A DNA stretch of 64,000 nt, from NCBI GenBank assembly GCA_001642005.1, contig LWCA01000007.1:41675-105674 (forward strand). Reading direction: 5' to 3'. A program made the position numbers and the translations under genes. This DNA comes from Intoshia linei (Eukaryota > Animalia > Orthonectida). This document shows positions 13,809 to 27,200 of the stretch, one piece after another (the first letter of the stretch is position 1; each line of letters starts with the position of its first letter). The notes below the pieces were generated by a model. The model was given only the letters and a program-made list of their open reading frames with translations, was not told where the DNA came from and ran no database searches.

Positions 13809-14061
13809 TTTCTATAATAAAAATTATTTTCCGTTTAATTAATTTACCGTTAAGTAATATAATAATTTGTATCATACATGAATAAGAATATGATTATGTG
13901 ATGGAAATAATTGTTACATGATTTCTTGAATTTCGATTACAGTTCTCTATTTATAATAATAATTATTTTTTGTCTAATAATATGATTGTCAATTATCCAG
14001 TATTAATGATATATTTTTAAATTTTTTAAAAAAATTTTATAAAAAAATTTATTTTACAAAT

Positions 14062-14911
14062 TTATGTTAGGGTTTGTTGTTTCTTTCCCGATTTTAAAAT
14101 GCTCTCTAGTTGTATTTTGTCAGATTCATTTACTTTTAAATTGACCTAAATTACATTAATATATAGTAGGGACAGATTAAGCGGACCATATTTTGAAAAA
14201 GGTGTTAATTTACCATATCCACATCGATATTTTTTAATTGCAGAGCAAAGTAGATATTAGGTTTGGCCACAGGTCTGATCTCTCTCAAAATAGCCAACGC
14301 ATGATCAAAACTGCATTTCAAGATAACCATGATATAAGCAATAATCACAGACGAAGATCGAGATATTCCAGCAAGACTAAAATCAACATAAACAAACATA
14401 AACATAAATAAATGTAGTATAAAATAACATCAACTAATCCAGTGCTTCAAATTCAAATCAAACCGTACACTGACACAATATCAGGTACACGTATACATTT
14501 TTTGAAAATTGCAAAAAATCCACAATTCATTTTAAACAACTAATGTATGTACCAAATCATACCAGTGAACTAAAACGCATTTATTGTTAACTCTAGCATT
14601 ATGAATAAACTTTATACATCCGGGCAAAACGTGAGATATTTTGGTTTTGCAATTATCCGAAACATTGACAATATGATAAACAAAATTCTATCAAGTGTAA
14701 TTTAAAAAATATTAACCTAAACAAAAAATGTTAATTAACCTCATGCATATTTTTGGCTCTATCATGAATAGCTAAAATATGAGTAATATTGTGTATTTTC
14801 AATTGTTCTCGGTTTAATGCATCTCTAATGTTTCCGATATATAAATTTGGCATTACCTAATAATTTATATTTAAACACCGTACAAACAACCTTTGTCATA
14901 GGAACGCCCAT
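14062..14911 (-). CDS. Atypical dual-specificity phosphatase, DUSP22/DUSP15-like; exons 14911-14891, 14856-14740, 14687-14563, 14376-14214, 14145-14062
   Basis: Spliced product MGVPMTKVMPNLYIGNIRDALNREQLKIHNITHILAIHD...VSDN...FIHNAR...VLVHCLAGISRSSSVIIAYIM...IRPVAKPNIYFALQL. The catalytic HCxAGxSRS has its Cys codon split TG|T by an intron. The N-terminal MG resembles myristoylated DUSP22/15. Confidence 0.9.
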
Positions 14912-15050
14912 AATTGTCGATACAAACTTTGGTACGCAAGTGAAATCTATTTGTATTTGACTTAAAATTGTATGATATCGAAACAATTTGTACAATATTT
15001 ATTTTAGATACAATGTTAAAAAATAACTCAACAACTATATACTGCAGCAT

Positions 15051-15065
15051 GTTGCCTATAGAGAT
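15051..15065 (-). promoter_or_regulatory. Candidate RFX X-box (ATCTCT-ATA-GGCAAC) ~140 bp upstream of the DUSP start
   Basis: One perfect RFX half-site (GTTGCC/GGCAAC) and one plausible half-site with a 3-nt spacer, in promoter-proximal position. Confidence 0.3.
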
Positions 15066-15222
15066 TTTCCAAATATGGTGTCTTTTCCATTGAATTCAAG
15101 GGATTTCAAAATTTTCAAAATACAAGTTTAGTTATTTTATTTTTTTCACCCTAAAATGACTTTAACCTAAAAATGACTTGAAAAAGTGAAATATCAATTG
15201 AAAATATATATTTATTACAATA

Positions 15223-18200
15223 TTATAAATTTTCAATGTCGTTTTTCGTTTTTAATAATTTAATCAAATTAGATTGATCCATGTAATGAATAAGTTTGTC
15301 AATTTTCTAAATAAAAAAAGTTTTAAAAAATATAAAATCTTTAGAAATTACCTCATAATCAAAATCTGTATAAAAATTGTTGAAATCATCATTAAGCACA
15401 AAAACTTGACCGCAAACCACTTTAAGTATCTAAATAATGATATTATTAACATGTAAATATGTACAATAACGGTTAAAATAGTACCTTTTGAAAAACCCGA
15501 AAGAAAGTCACATCAAAGTCGTCATTCATATTATTAGCAATAATGTGTGATGCACAATGAGTTAGGATGAATAAAAATGATCCGACATTAGCGCAAATCT
15601 CTTTTCTAATGTATAAAATATTTTGTTCATTTTGATAGTGAATGCAATATCTGAAACAATTTTGCAAATAATTATTGGGAGGAATTTGAGAGGCAAGTAG
15701 AATTTTAAAATTTAAGTTTAAATTGAGACAATTAATGAGTCTTTTAAAGATTGTTGTTCCAAAATTATAAATAATAAAATCTGTGCAGTCTAAACTTGAA
15801 GCAGGAATTATCTTGAGTTTAGAATCGAAATGATTGAAATTACTGAATAACGTAGTATAAGATTTGCAGTTTTTATATTTATTCAATGCAGTTAAACCGG
15901 GGTTCGAAGTGTTGATCATATTTGAAATATTTTCAATTTTTTTATATAGTACAGAATTTTGCAATAAATTCATGTATTGTGATTCCAGACATTTTTCTTC
16001 TTTGTGTGGATTATTATCTTCAAGTTGTTTAATTCTATTTGTTAGATATGAAGAGTTTTTATCAAAATTTGTTTTATAATTTGACATTAGTTTTTCGTGG
16101 TTTGTTTTAGATTCATTTAGTAGTTTTTCTCTTTCGTCTTCTTCTATGGTAGATTCTTTTATTTTTTCTCTTTCGTTTTTTTCATTTTCTAATTCTCGTC
16201 TCTTTTTTTCATTGAAATCATCATTTAATTGGTTTAATTCGTCTTCAATTTTTCTAATTTTTCTAAAAAATAATACATTTTCAACACATACAATACATGT
16301 ATGATTAATGTTTAAACACCAAGAAACTAATTTCAACAAATTTAAAAACACACCCATTGCCGTACACCAGGACCATGGAAAACCAGAAGTAGGTCCAATC
16401 AGATGGAAATTGTAGGCCCTACAAAAATATTTTTACAAAATGGACCTCTATACATTGCTTAACCGATCGTTCATTGCCTAAACATTAAAAATAACCGTTG
16501 GAAATTCTCCAAAATAACCTATTAATACATTAAAAAAGTAGACCCCTCATGATTGTATGATCCGGTCTAGGGAATTATACTTAATTTCAAAAACAAAATG
16601 TAGTGGACTTGAGGATTGTAATTGATTGTTGAAATTGTAAGTTTCAATGTTATAAACCGTTTACCGTGTGTATATATAACATACCCTTTTATGTCATCTG
16701 ATTCTTTAATTATTTTTGTCTGACCATGTTGATTAATTAATAAATTATCATATTCATTAATTTCAACCAATTTTTCAGTTCCACCCGATGGACCTTTAAC
16801 ATTTGTATTGTAAATGCAAACAATCAAATCATTTAATAATTGATCCAATTCTTTCGATACATAAGCCTGAGATAAAAAAGTAAATTGTTCAGATTTGAAG
16901 TGTTCGTTAAATATACTATAACTGTACAAATAAAAAAAGTCGTTACATCTATTAGAAATAGTTCGTTTGAGATATAAATAAAAACTTTTTTCAATCAACA
17001 CCTGTTGAGTTAAAGAGGACAAAGAAAATATAAAATCATTGTAAACGCTTCTGATGTTTTTAATATGATCCTCCCTATCAGAATCCGTATACCTTTCAAA
17101 CAATTGTTTCAATTCATAAAAAATTGATTTCATTTTGTTAAATGAATTCTCCAAATTAGACAAATGATTTACTTTCTGAGAAATCAAATTTTTAATTATA
17201 TAAGAATTCAAATAAGAATTATTCACATTATATTCAAATATAGTTCCATGAAAAGTTTGATCAATCAATTCATCAACTTTGCCAATTTTCACAGAAAATT
17301 CTTGCAATAATTCCATATTCATTATAACATTTTTAGTTGATTTAAGAAATGGATCCATTTGTGGTAAAAATTTTTCCACCCTTCTTATTGATTCCAAAAC
17401 GTTGCTAGACATGATTGCAATAGAACCTCTTAAATGAAGACCTTGAGGTGGAGGGCATGTCGATTGGACTGTCTTACACACCGTGTGACAATTTTTATAG
17501 TCGTATTCAACACTACATACTTTTCCAATACCCAACGTATTATAATCTATAGTCATTTTTCCAAATTCAATTGGTATTTTTTCAGTTTTATCTATTGTGT
17601 GCATTAATCCACACAATGGGAATAATTTGTCCTGAGATGTATCGTACATTGTTCCAAGAATATGTGCGTTATTCATTTTATTTTCAATGTCGAAATATTT
17701 TGACCCGATTAGAAGAGGTATTTTTACATTTTCGTCTTGGTTTATCCTGTAGAATCCATCACATCCTCCAGTTTTAGACATTCTTGAAAAACAATGGTAC
17801 ATACTGGACCAATAATTTAACTTGTTTATAAAACTGTTGGACTTTTCGGTTTCAACGTTTTTTAAGCTCATTAAAAAGTTTTTTGAATTTTCACATATAT
17901 TACTCAAATTTGATAGGCTTTCTTCAGAAAATATTTGATCCTGTTCCATAGTTTTTATTTTTTCAAAATTTTTATCCGAATAATCAGAAAGAATCTTTGA
18001 ACTAAATGAAATAAATATAAACAATATAATTAATTGCGAATTATTTAAAAAATCTGAGGTTTTTATCTAAGAAAATTCACTTTTTTGATGTTACGATTTA
18101 TGAAAATCTAAATGATTTTAAAAATAATTCAAGAATTTATGGGTTATAAAATTGTAGAAAACGGGGTTATTTAGGTTTCTGAGGGTGAGATTTACTAAAA

Positions 18201-21200
18201 TGTTAATGATTTTAAAACGAGTATCAGTGTTTATGTTTTATAGAATTCTAAGGTTGATTTTATTTTTTAAAAAAAGGAGGAATTCGGTGTTTGACCCTGA
18301 AGGACTCTATTTCCAAAGATAAAATGTGGATTAAAACATCAATCTCGAAAAATTATAGCAATAAGGGGTTGTATTAAATTCTAGAATTGTTAATTGTTTA
18401 AATAAACACTAACATATACTCCCTGGCATTCAATTTTATAAGTAACAAATTTGTGTCAAATGGTAAAATGCGTTTTTGACCGTTAAAAAGCCAATTAATA
18501 TTATTAAATTTGATAATAAAACATTATCAGTAAAACAGTGTCGTAAATCATAAGTTTTATAAAATTCTAGGACTATTAGTTTCTGAAATAAATGGTAACA
18601 CAGAATCGTACCATTTTATATACTGATTTTTTTTACCAAGGATATTCAAAATATGCCGAGTCGTATACTACGATTCGTATTATAGGTTTTGCACTGTATA
18701 CAGTAATGTATTGATTTGTGAGGTTCATTTTTATAAATTTTTATTATTAACAAAATTGACAAGACCAGACATTATCAAGTTAGTAATGTGGACTCCCAGG
18801 AGTCTCAATAAAAAATTTAGATTATATATGGTTTTTCATTATTTTCAAGTATTAATACTGGAAATCCATGTCAATTAAGATTTAATTAGTACTCAGTATT
18901 TTAAAATTTCTCCTTGCCACCATCACAATGTAAAATCTAAATGAGCCAACATAAAAAAAGTTTTATGAATATTTAATTATTATGATGACAAACCAAGAAT
19001 TGTTAAGGACTCGCAGCGCAACAAAAATTGAGAATATCAGAACTAGATGATAGAAAGAGTTTTATTTGGTAGTACCAAATTGGTACTATAAAACTTTTAT
19101 TCAATATTTCACAACTCAAATACTAATCCAACCCACGAAACCTTAAACATAATACCTACCACATCAAAACATAAAAGTTGTCATCCATCAAAATAAAATT
19201 CATTGCACATGGTAAATTTTCAAGCTGACCAGACTGATATTTAAGTGTTTTTGCACAAACGTTTCCACTTTTAAATTTGAGACCAATACACACCTCTAAT
19301 CCGGATTTTGTTTGCAAACATGAACCAACAGTTAAGGGATGAACTAAATTGGTAATTGGATCAATAAAAGTTTTTCCTAAAGCTATAAAATGTTTGCACT
19401 TGAAACAAAACGTTACAGCCAAAGTGGGAACATAAAATCCATTTTCGTAATCTAAAAAATAATAAGTGAAAAACGAACCAATAAATAATTATTAAATATA
19501 AATAAACTTACCAATAATGAAACCATCTGCAGACAAATAATCATTTTGAGTATGTTGATGCACATGAAAAGCAGTCATTTCTTCATTATTCACATCCACA
19601 GGCATTGGAATAAATGGGATTAACACATTTTTTCCATTATTGGAATTATTAATCAAAAGTTGATAATTATCGAGATAATTGACAAGTTTTTTCTGAACAC
19701 AATCATAAAACACATTACCTTCAATTTTCGAAAAAAAGCAATATTTTTTAGAGTAAAAGTAAGCATCTCTTTTGTAACATTTATCATTATTCGGATTAAT
19801 TAATGTGTAATCTTCTTTAAGCATGTCCAGTCCCGTCAACTTGTCGAAATATGTAATTGTATCAATATCATCTTTAATGGGTAATGTGGTCATGTGTCCA
19901 TCTGAATCTTTAAAATTTTTAATTTTTTTGTCCAAATTTATAATAGATATGAGTCTGTTCATATAATATTGTCTCATATTAGAGATTAAATGAACATTAC
20001 TGATTAAAGAGTTATATAAACTTGACGATGCGTCATTTTGAGATTTGTTTATTTTTATTAATTCACAACAATGTATTATGGCACTCAAAGTCGAATGCAA
20101 ATTAGAATTAAACAAAAAGTTTTCTTTATATATCCCCGTTATATAATCTTGTATTTGTTTGGATATTTTTGTAACTATTTCAGCAAAATATTTTCTTCTA
20201 ATAATTTCCTGGTTTAACATTTCCAAATGTTTATTTAATCTATAAAAATTAACGGTGTACGTTTCAGGTTGAGAGTCATCTTTAATTTTATTGACCATCT
20301 TTTCCAGTTTAGTTACATTTTGTTTTATATTACTGTAAAATGTACAAATTTTATTGTCAAAACTTTCAGATTTAAGTAAAATGTGGGCAGATTGCTTGTT
20401 TAATAAATTGTAAAACGTTTCTTTATTAAATTTATCCAGATCCAAATAAACGTTTCGCATTTCACTCAATTCGTCAATTTCAAAATCGTCAATATTTTCA
20501 TTACAATTTGCGTATTTATCTACACTTTCCAATTTTGTACCTCGGCTAGCTAATTTTGATAAATCAAACTTTTTTCCATATTGTCTGCCTTTCAAAGAAA
20601 CGTTACCCTTCTTCCATCCAAATCTTGTAAAAATTATCTAAATAAAAGTAAATACTTGCCAATATAAAACTTACATTTATTACGATAATCAACACGAAAG
20701 ACACAATGATAGTTATTATTGTTAAAATAAAAAATAGTAAATTTGATTTGACCAAAATATCTGTATTGAACGAAAATTTCATTGTATAAAAGTTTTGTTG
20801 CGTTTGATGCATAAATTTTTTATAACTTTGACATTTACTTGAGGCAGACATGACTGCTATGTAAATTTTTTTTCCGTGGTCCACACTGTGTTTAAATACA
20901 AATACTCCCGGTTGCATGAATCGATAGGGAAATATATTGTATGATTTTGTATTTGAAGTGTTTGTCTTAACATTTTCTAATAAATCAAATGCCTTTGTAT
21001 CCAAATTTGAAGTTGGAGAATTGAATAAATTTAATCTATACATTTAATAATTTTAGTATAATTTAGTGTATGTTATTTATAAGGGTTTCTCAACTTATGG
21101 TTCCCCGGGACGAAAAATAACTAAAATTATCAAATATGATTAGCTTATTAAAAAATTTTCGTATTAGAAGTTAGTTTTTTTAAATAATACGAGTCTTACT

Positions 21201-24200
21201 TTTTTAATTAAATGGTAACACAGAAATTCATTTATACACAAGTCACAAATTATAAAATTTTAAAATTTCATAGATTCAGGGGTTTAAAACCGCAGAAAAT
21301 TTGACCATCAAATTTTTTTATAAACTTTTTGTATAGCAACAAAAAAATGTTTATACTATTCAGGTTACTTGGTTACATATACCAAAAATATCTTAATTTG
21401 GTGATTCCCACACTATTTCACGACGATTGAATAAAAAATTATAGTTCAGAATTAATTTAGCGAGCTAAACTGAATAAGACATGCATAAATATAATAAAAA
21501 AATTTACGGCGGGTACGCACGGTTTTCGAAAATTTTGACGTTCTTGGATACAATTACGAACATAACTTACCGAAAAACTCTTCGGGTGTGGGAAGGATGG
21601 CTTGACAAAATTTTTGTAAAATGGGGGATCATTTTATAAATTTATATTAAAAAATTATATTCTTGAATATCATAACTATTGTTTTAAGTTTGAAATATCA
21701 ACTGAAGAGTCAAGAAGTAGTTAGGGCTATAGGACACTATATTTTATGTATATTTTTTTAGGGTCCAAATTTTCATTTTCTTCTCGTCAAAAGCTGGGTA
21801 GGTTCGGCTCTGGTTGAATGGATAGAATCTGATAATGTCGTCCCGTGTATGAGTCTATTTTATCAGTTTTTTTAATAAATATTTGACATGAATAAAATTT
21901 ATTATCATCGTAATTGTAAAAAAACATATTTTTAAAATAAAATTTGCTCTAAATAAACTAAAATTTATAGTAAGTTTTTTCTGATTACTTCAACTTAGTT
22001 ATATTCATAGACTCATATCTGGTCCAGAATCTGAATTCCAGATCATCTGGTATTTGATTATTTGTATTGCATTTTAATGTAATGCATTTTTAGTAATTTT
22101 CCAAATTTAATTTTTATTTTAGTCCAAAACTATTTGGGAATTTTAAATTTAAACCAAACTTAAAATACTACTAAAGGCTACCCGGAAGTATTGATATCAA
22201 AAAGAACTACTGAAGCAAATATTTTTTTAAACTAATGATGGTACAGTAATTAACACATTCTTTAAATAACTAGTTTTGTCAATACATGCGTTGGTGAATA
22301 AAGAATTAAGTTTATATGTATAGTTTGATTTTATCATTTTAATAAAATGTATTTTTATATGACATGAATACTGCTACAAAATTGATGTCCTTGTGGCGCA
22401 ATGGATAGCGCATCGGACTCCTAATCCGGAGGTTGCGGGTTCGAGTCCCGTCGAGGACTTTTTTTTATTTTAACATTAAAAGAATACAATTTAATTTTAC
22501 TCAATTTAGAATGTATATTTCATCCAATTAATTTGGACAGAGTTGCAACCTTATTACTATATAATAATTATAATTAATAAACCTATCAAAAATGGGATAA
22601 TTTTGATCATTGTGAATAAAAATGATAATTTCATTAATTTCCAAGCATACAATAGGATTATGAATCCCAGAAAATTCATTCTCTGAGATGACGCCATCAA
22701 ATTTAGATTCCGATGAGCATTCTGAATTTTGATTAAACAGTTTATAGAGCACATCAGTATTATAATGTTCAACGCCTATAATGTATTTATCAATCAAAAC
22801 TACAAAATTGAGAGGTTCCACGCGATCTATATGATGGGAGCAATATTTTTCACTAAGACTATATTCATAATTGGGAATATTTAAGCAACTAGTCAAAACT
22901 TTTTGCTTCCCAATTTTTACATATGACCGTTTTACAAATTCTCCGTTTCGACAATTTAAAGTTAAGTCATTGTTGATATTTGATATACATTTTGTGTCAC
23001 AAAACGTATTACGTTCCATTATTTTGCATAAACAACGACCCAATTGAACATCGAATCGAATAAACAAATTTGAAGAGTCACAAACCTATAGATAAAAAAA
23101 TGTCACTAATAGAATTGATATATATGTACCTCATTTTTACAGTGTTGATCAAGCCAATCGATAGTCACACAATCACCATACTCATTACGAATTAAATGAT
23201 TATCGCAGTTATTATATACATGTCTTTTACATTGATAGTAACCGTTTATTTTTGCAGTGTCTGATAAATACGTACCTATTTCACAAGCACATGAGCGACT
23301 ACTCGTCTAAATTTTTGTTGTAATTGTTAATATACCAATTTATATACCTGATAGTACAAATTTTTGTTAGGTGGGCAAACGCACGAATTTTTTGTTATCA
23401 AACTATGCGTTCTTTTGCTTCCACAGTGTATACAGCTGGACATACCAACCATGTGCGTAAAGTAATTTGATTTGCAAGGCAAACATTGTCGTACATCATC
23501 CTTTCCAATAAATCGGTTAAAATACCCAATAGGACAAGGCGTAGGAATTCCACTTCCCATGGGACAATAATGACCTAAATCAGATTAAAAATGTAATTTT
23601 AATTTCTACCTATTGGACAAATGTATGATGTGTTCTGTAAAGCCCAATTTACACTATTCGCAATCGTAGAAATGTTGTAAGAAATTGTCGCCGTCGGACA
23701 AACTTGTTTACTCGGGCATAAATTACATTTCAGTCTTGTTTCGTCGCCATAGTATCCTGAGGGGCAAGGTTGACAGGTATTCTTAAAGGAATCTTGATTG
23801 GAACCAATAATATACCTGTACCCCAATGGACATTTGATCATACTAACAGCACCGCTGTTTTCTCCCAATGGACAGTAATGTGCTATTGGACATTTTATGG
23901 GTATCTCCTAATTTAAATATTTTAAGTTTTCAATTTTATCTTAATCTTTATCATAATATTTTAATTCGTACCGAACTTACAGGACAATAATATCCAACAG
24001 GACATTTAATTTTTTGAATTATTTTAGGACAAAAATATCCTAAATTGACAATTTTAAGTAAATTGAGTAAAATAATTTCACTTCATTGTTAAAGTAAATA
24101 AAAGTATTACCAATTGGACAATTGGAAGGAATTATAGTACCAGTCGGGCAATATTTACCGCTATTGCATTTATTTAGAGGAACATTCAACGCGACTTGAT

Positions 24201-27200
24201 CACAATCTATTTAAACTAATATTATTTGAAAAAACCAACATTATTAATTGTTAATTAATTACAATATCCTTCAGAACAAGAGAAACAGTCAAAATTTGAT
24301 TTTCCATGAGTATTATTTCTAAATATACAATTTCAAGGCGGTAATTACAACACCGGGGGATAAAGTGCTAGGAAACTAGAAATTAAAATATCTTGGTGTC
24401 AATAAAAATACTATGAAAATTTTGAAGTACTACAAAATCTTAAAAATGACAGTATAGCTTGTTTGTTTTCCGCCCTCAGTAGAGCTAGGTGCTGTTTGTA
24501 CAAAGCAAAAACAGTCAAGTTAGTATAAAATGCTATAGAATGTATACCTGAATGTAGAGACGACGCAAGGCTTGATGGAATCAGCTTTAATTGGACAATA
24601 ATTTCCAATTGGACATTCCGTTAATTTATACAGTACAGTAGCTTTTCTTGAACAAATATACCCTGCAGGACAAAATTTACACTGAAATATAGATTTTGCT
24701 TCTTCAAAATCCAAATAAGTACCCTTTGGGCATCCGACCATATTTCTAAGAAAATATATATAGAAATATAATTATCAATACTTATTATATTCACAATAAT
24801 GGCCAACACTACACGGTTTAGGAATGACAGCTCCAATTGGACATTGTTTTCCTTTATTTGAAAATTATAAAATTACATGAATATAAATAATACCAGCAGG
24901 ACAAAAATCACAATCATTAATAGATTTCGCGCCAATCATGTTAATTACTTTACCGTCCATGCATTTTTCAGGTTTTTTACAGCCTTAGTAAATTAATTAA
25001 CATACATGTATTATTAATTAAAATATTTTAAAATAAATTAATTGAATTGAAAATACCTATTGGGCACCAATATCCATATGGACTAATCATAATTTAAATT
25101 TTTCATTAGAAAAATTACCATAAACTACCAATAACGGGATATGATGAAACTTCTGGATTTGAAATTTTGTTTCCAGAAACACAATAAAACCCAGCATCGC
25201 AATCACCAGTAATTTTACCACTTTGACAATATTTACCTAACGGACATATGGTACATTGTGAGGCATCTTCAAGTTGATCGGTAGTTGCGTCAGTAAATGT
25301 TCCTACATTATTTGGATATTTTATTTTTAATATAATTTTACCATCCGGACATGTTATGGGTTCAACAGAAGCCAAAGGACAATATGAATAAGCTGAACAA
25401 ATTGTTGGTTTAATTGTGGCTAAATCTTTACAAAAAAATCCTAAAATTATAAAAATCAAAAATAAATCAGCAATGCTCATAAATTCATAAACGTCAATCT
25501 TGTTTAAATTTGTAAAGATTTGAAAGGTTACCTTTTGGACATTTGATACAAACAGTACTTTGTATGGAAGGTTGAAAGTATCCTAGTTTTATTTTACGTA
25601 TTCATTTATAATAATTTACCTTTCTGACATTTTAAAGGTTCTAAACTTCCGACAGGGCAATAATGACCTAATAATAAAATAATCATTAAACAAAATTGAA
25701 CCAAGTAATGAAACGTTCATTGAAAACGTAAAATACCTTTAGTACACTTATGATTGGTAGGTCGAGCTGTAGATCTAAGTTCGTTATCGGGACAAAAGAA
25801 CCCTGCAGAGCATACATCAGTAGGTTCAAAACCACCAATTTTATCACAATAATGCCTTCCTATGCAGTTTAAACATTCAGATGCCTGTTTGGCACCAATA
25901 TTTGATAAAATCATTCCTATTGGACATGGTGTACCGCTTATTGCGCCTAAGTTAAATGGATTATAATGATACAAAGTCATTATAAATAATTACCAGCTAA
26001 GCAATAATTTCCTTTTGGACATGGTATGTTAACATTATCATTTGGAGAAATAGATTTTGATCCGCTTATACAAATATATCCAGCAGCACATGAACCGGTC
26101 GGTGCAGATAAACCATCTATATTATAAGTATACATTTATATCAACTATTTCATCAAACCAGAATCACAGTATTTACCCGAAGGACAATATTTACATGCGA
26201 TTTCACTCCTACCACCAACATTGGGGTTAAAAGTTCCTAAAATATAACATAATTTATAATTTTTTAAATTGGTCATGCTCAATAAAATATATGCATCAAA
26301 GTTAACTAGTACTAGTACCTTTGGGACAATTAATAGAATTCTTAATAGTGCCTTCTTTGCAGTATTTACCAACTTCACATTTTATTGGAGTTATTGTTTC
26401 TAGTTCTGGACAACGAAGGCCAGATGGACAAATTTTACAGGCTCCTAAATTGATGAAATATTAATAATCTTTTACTTGTATAAAATTGAAAGTGTTTGTG
26501 TGTTTACCGTTTATTTAAAAAATTAAGTCACAGAATTTAAAAAATCAAATTATAAACAGTTTTTTGTGAGTGTTTACCCAAGTTTCATTGTCCGAAATTG
26601 AGTCCTTCAGGGTCAAAAATCAAATTTACTCATTTTTTTAAAAATAAAATCAGTCAAAAATTTTAAACAAACATTAACATGAAGATTAAATCATTAAAAT
26701 TGTCGTAAATCAAACATTTTTTACATTATACACTCATTCTCACTAATGAATTAAATAAATTGAATGGTAATGTGAAATGACCGGTCCGCGGTGAAAAAAT
26801 TTTTGGTACGAATCAGTTAAACTTTAAAGGATTGAACATATAGTATAGTACCATTTTTTGAATAAGATTTTATTCAATTTATTTTTTTGGTAGAATTATA
26901 AAAGTTCGCCCTCGGCAGAACTAGCTACTGTTTGTACGAATTTCATAACATTCAAACTAGTTCTTTAATAATATTTTGTTTTTAAATGACAAAAATTTAA
27001 GCAAATAATAAAATTACCCAATCCAATAATATCAGCATAAGTACCTATATTCGAAGATTGATATAAACATTATATTAATAATTTGATACCTGCAGCACAC
27101 TTTGTTGGGTTTATTGCTCCTTCCGTACAGTAATTACCTTTAGGGCATGCATATCCTAATATTTTGATTAGAAATTAAAAAATCATAAAAATTCTATATA

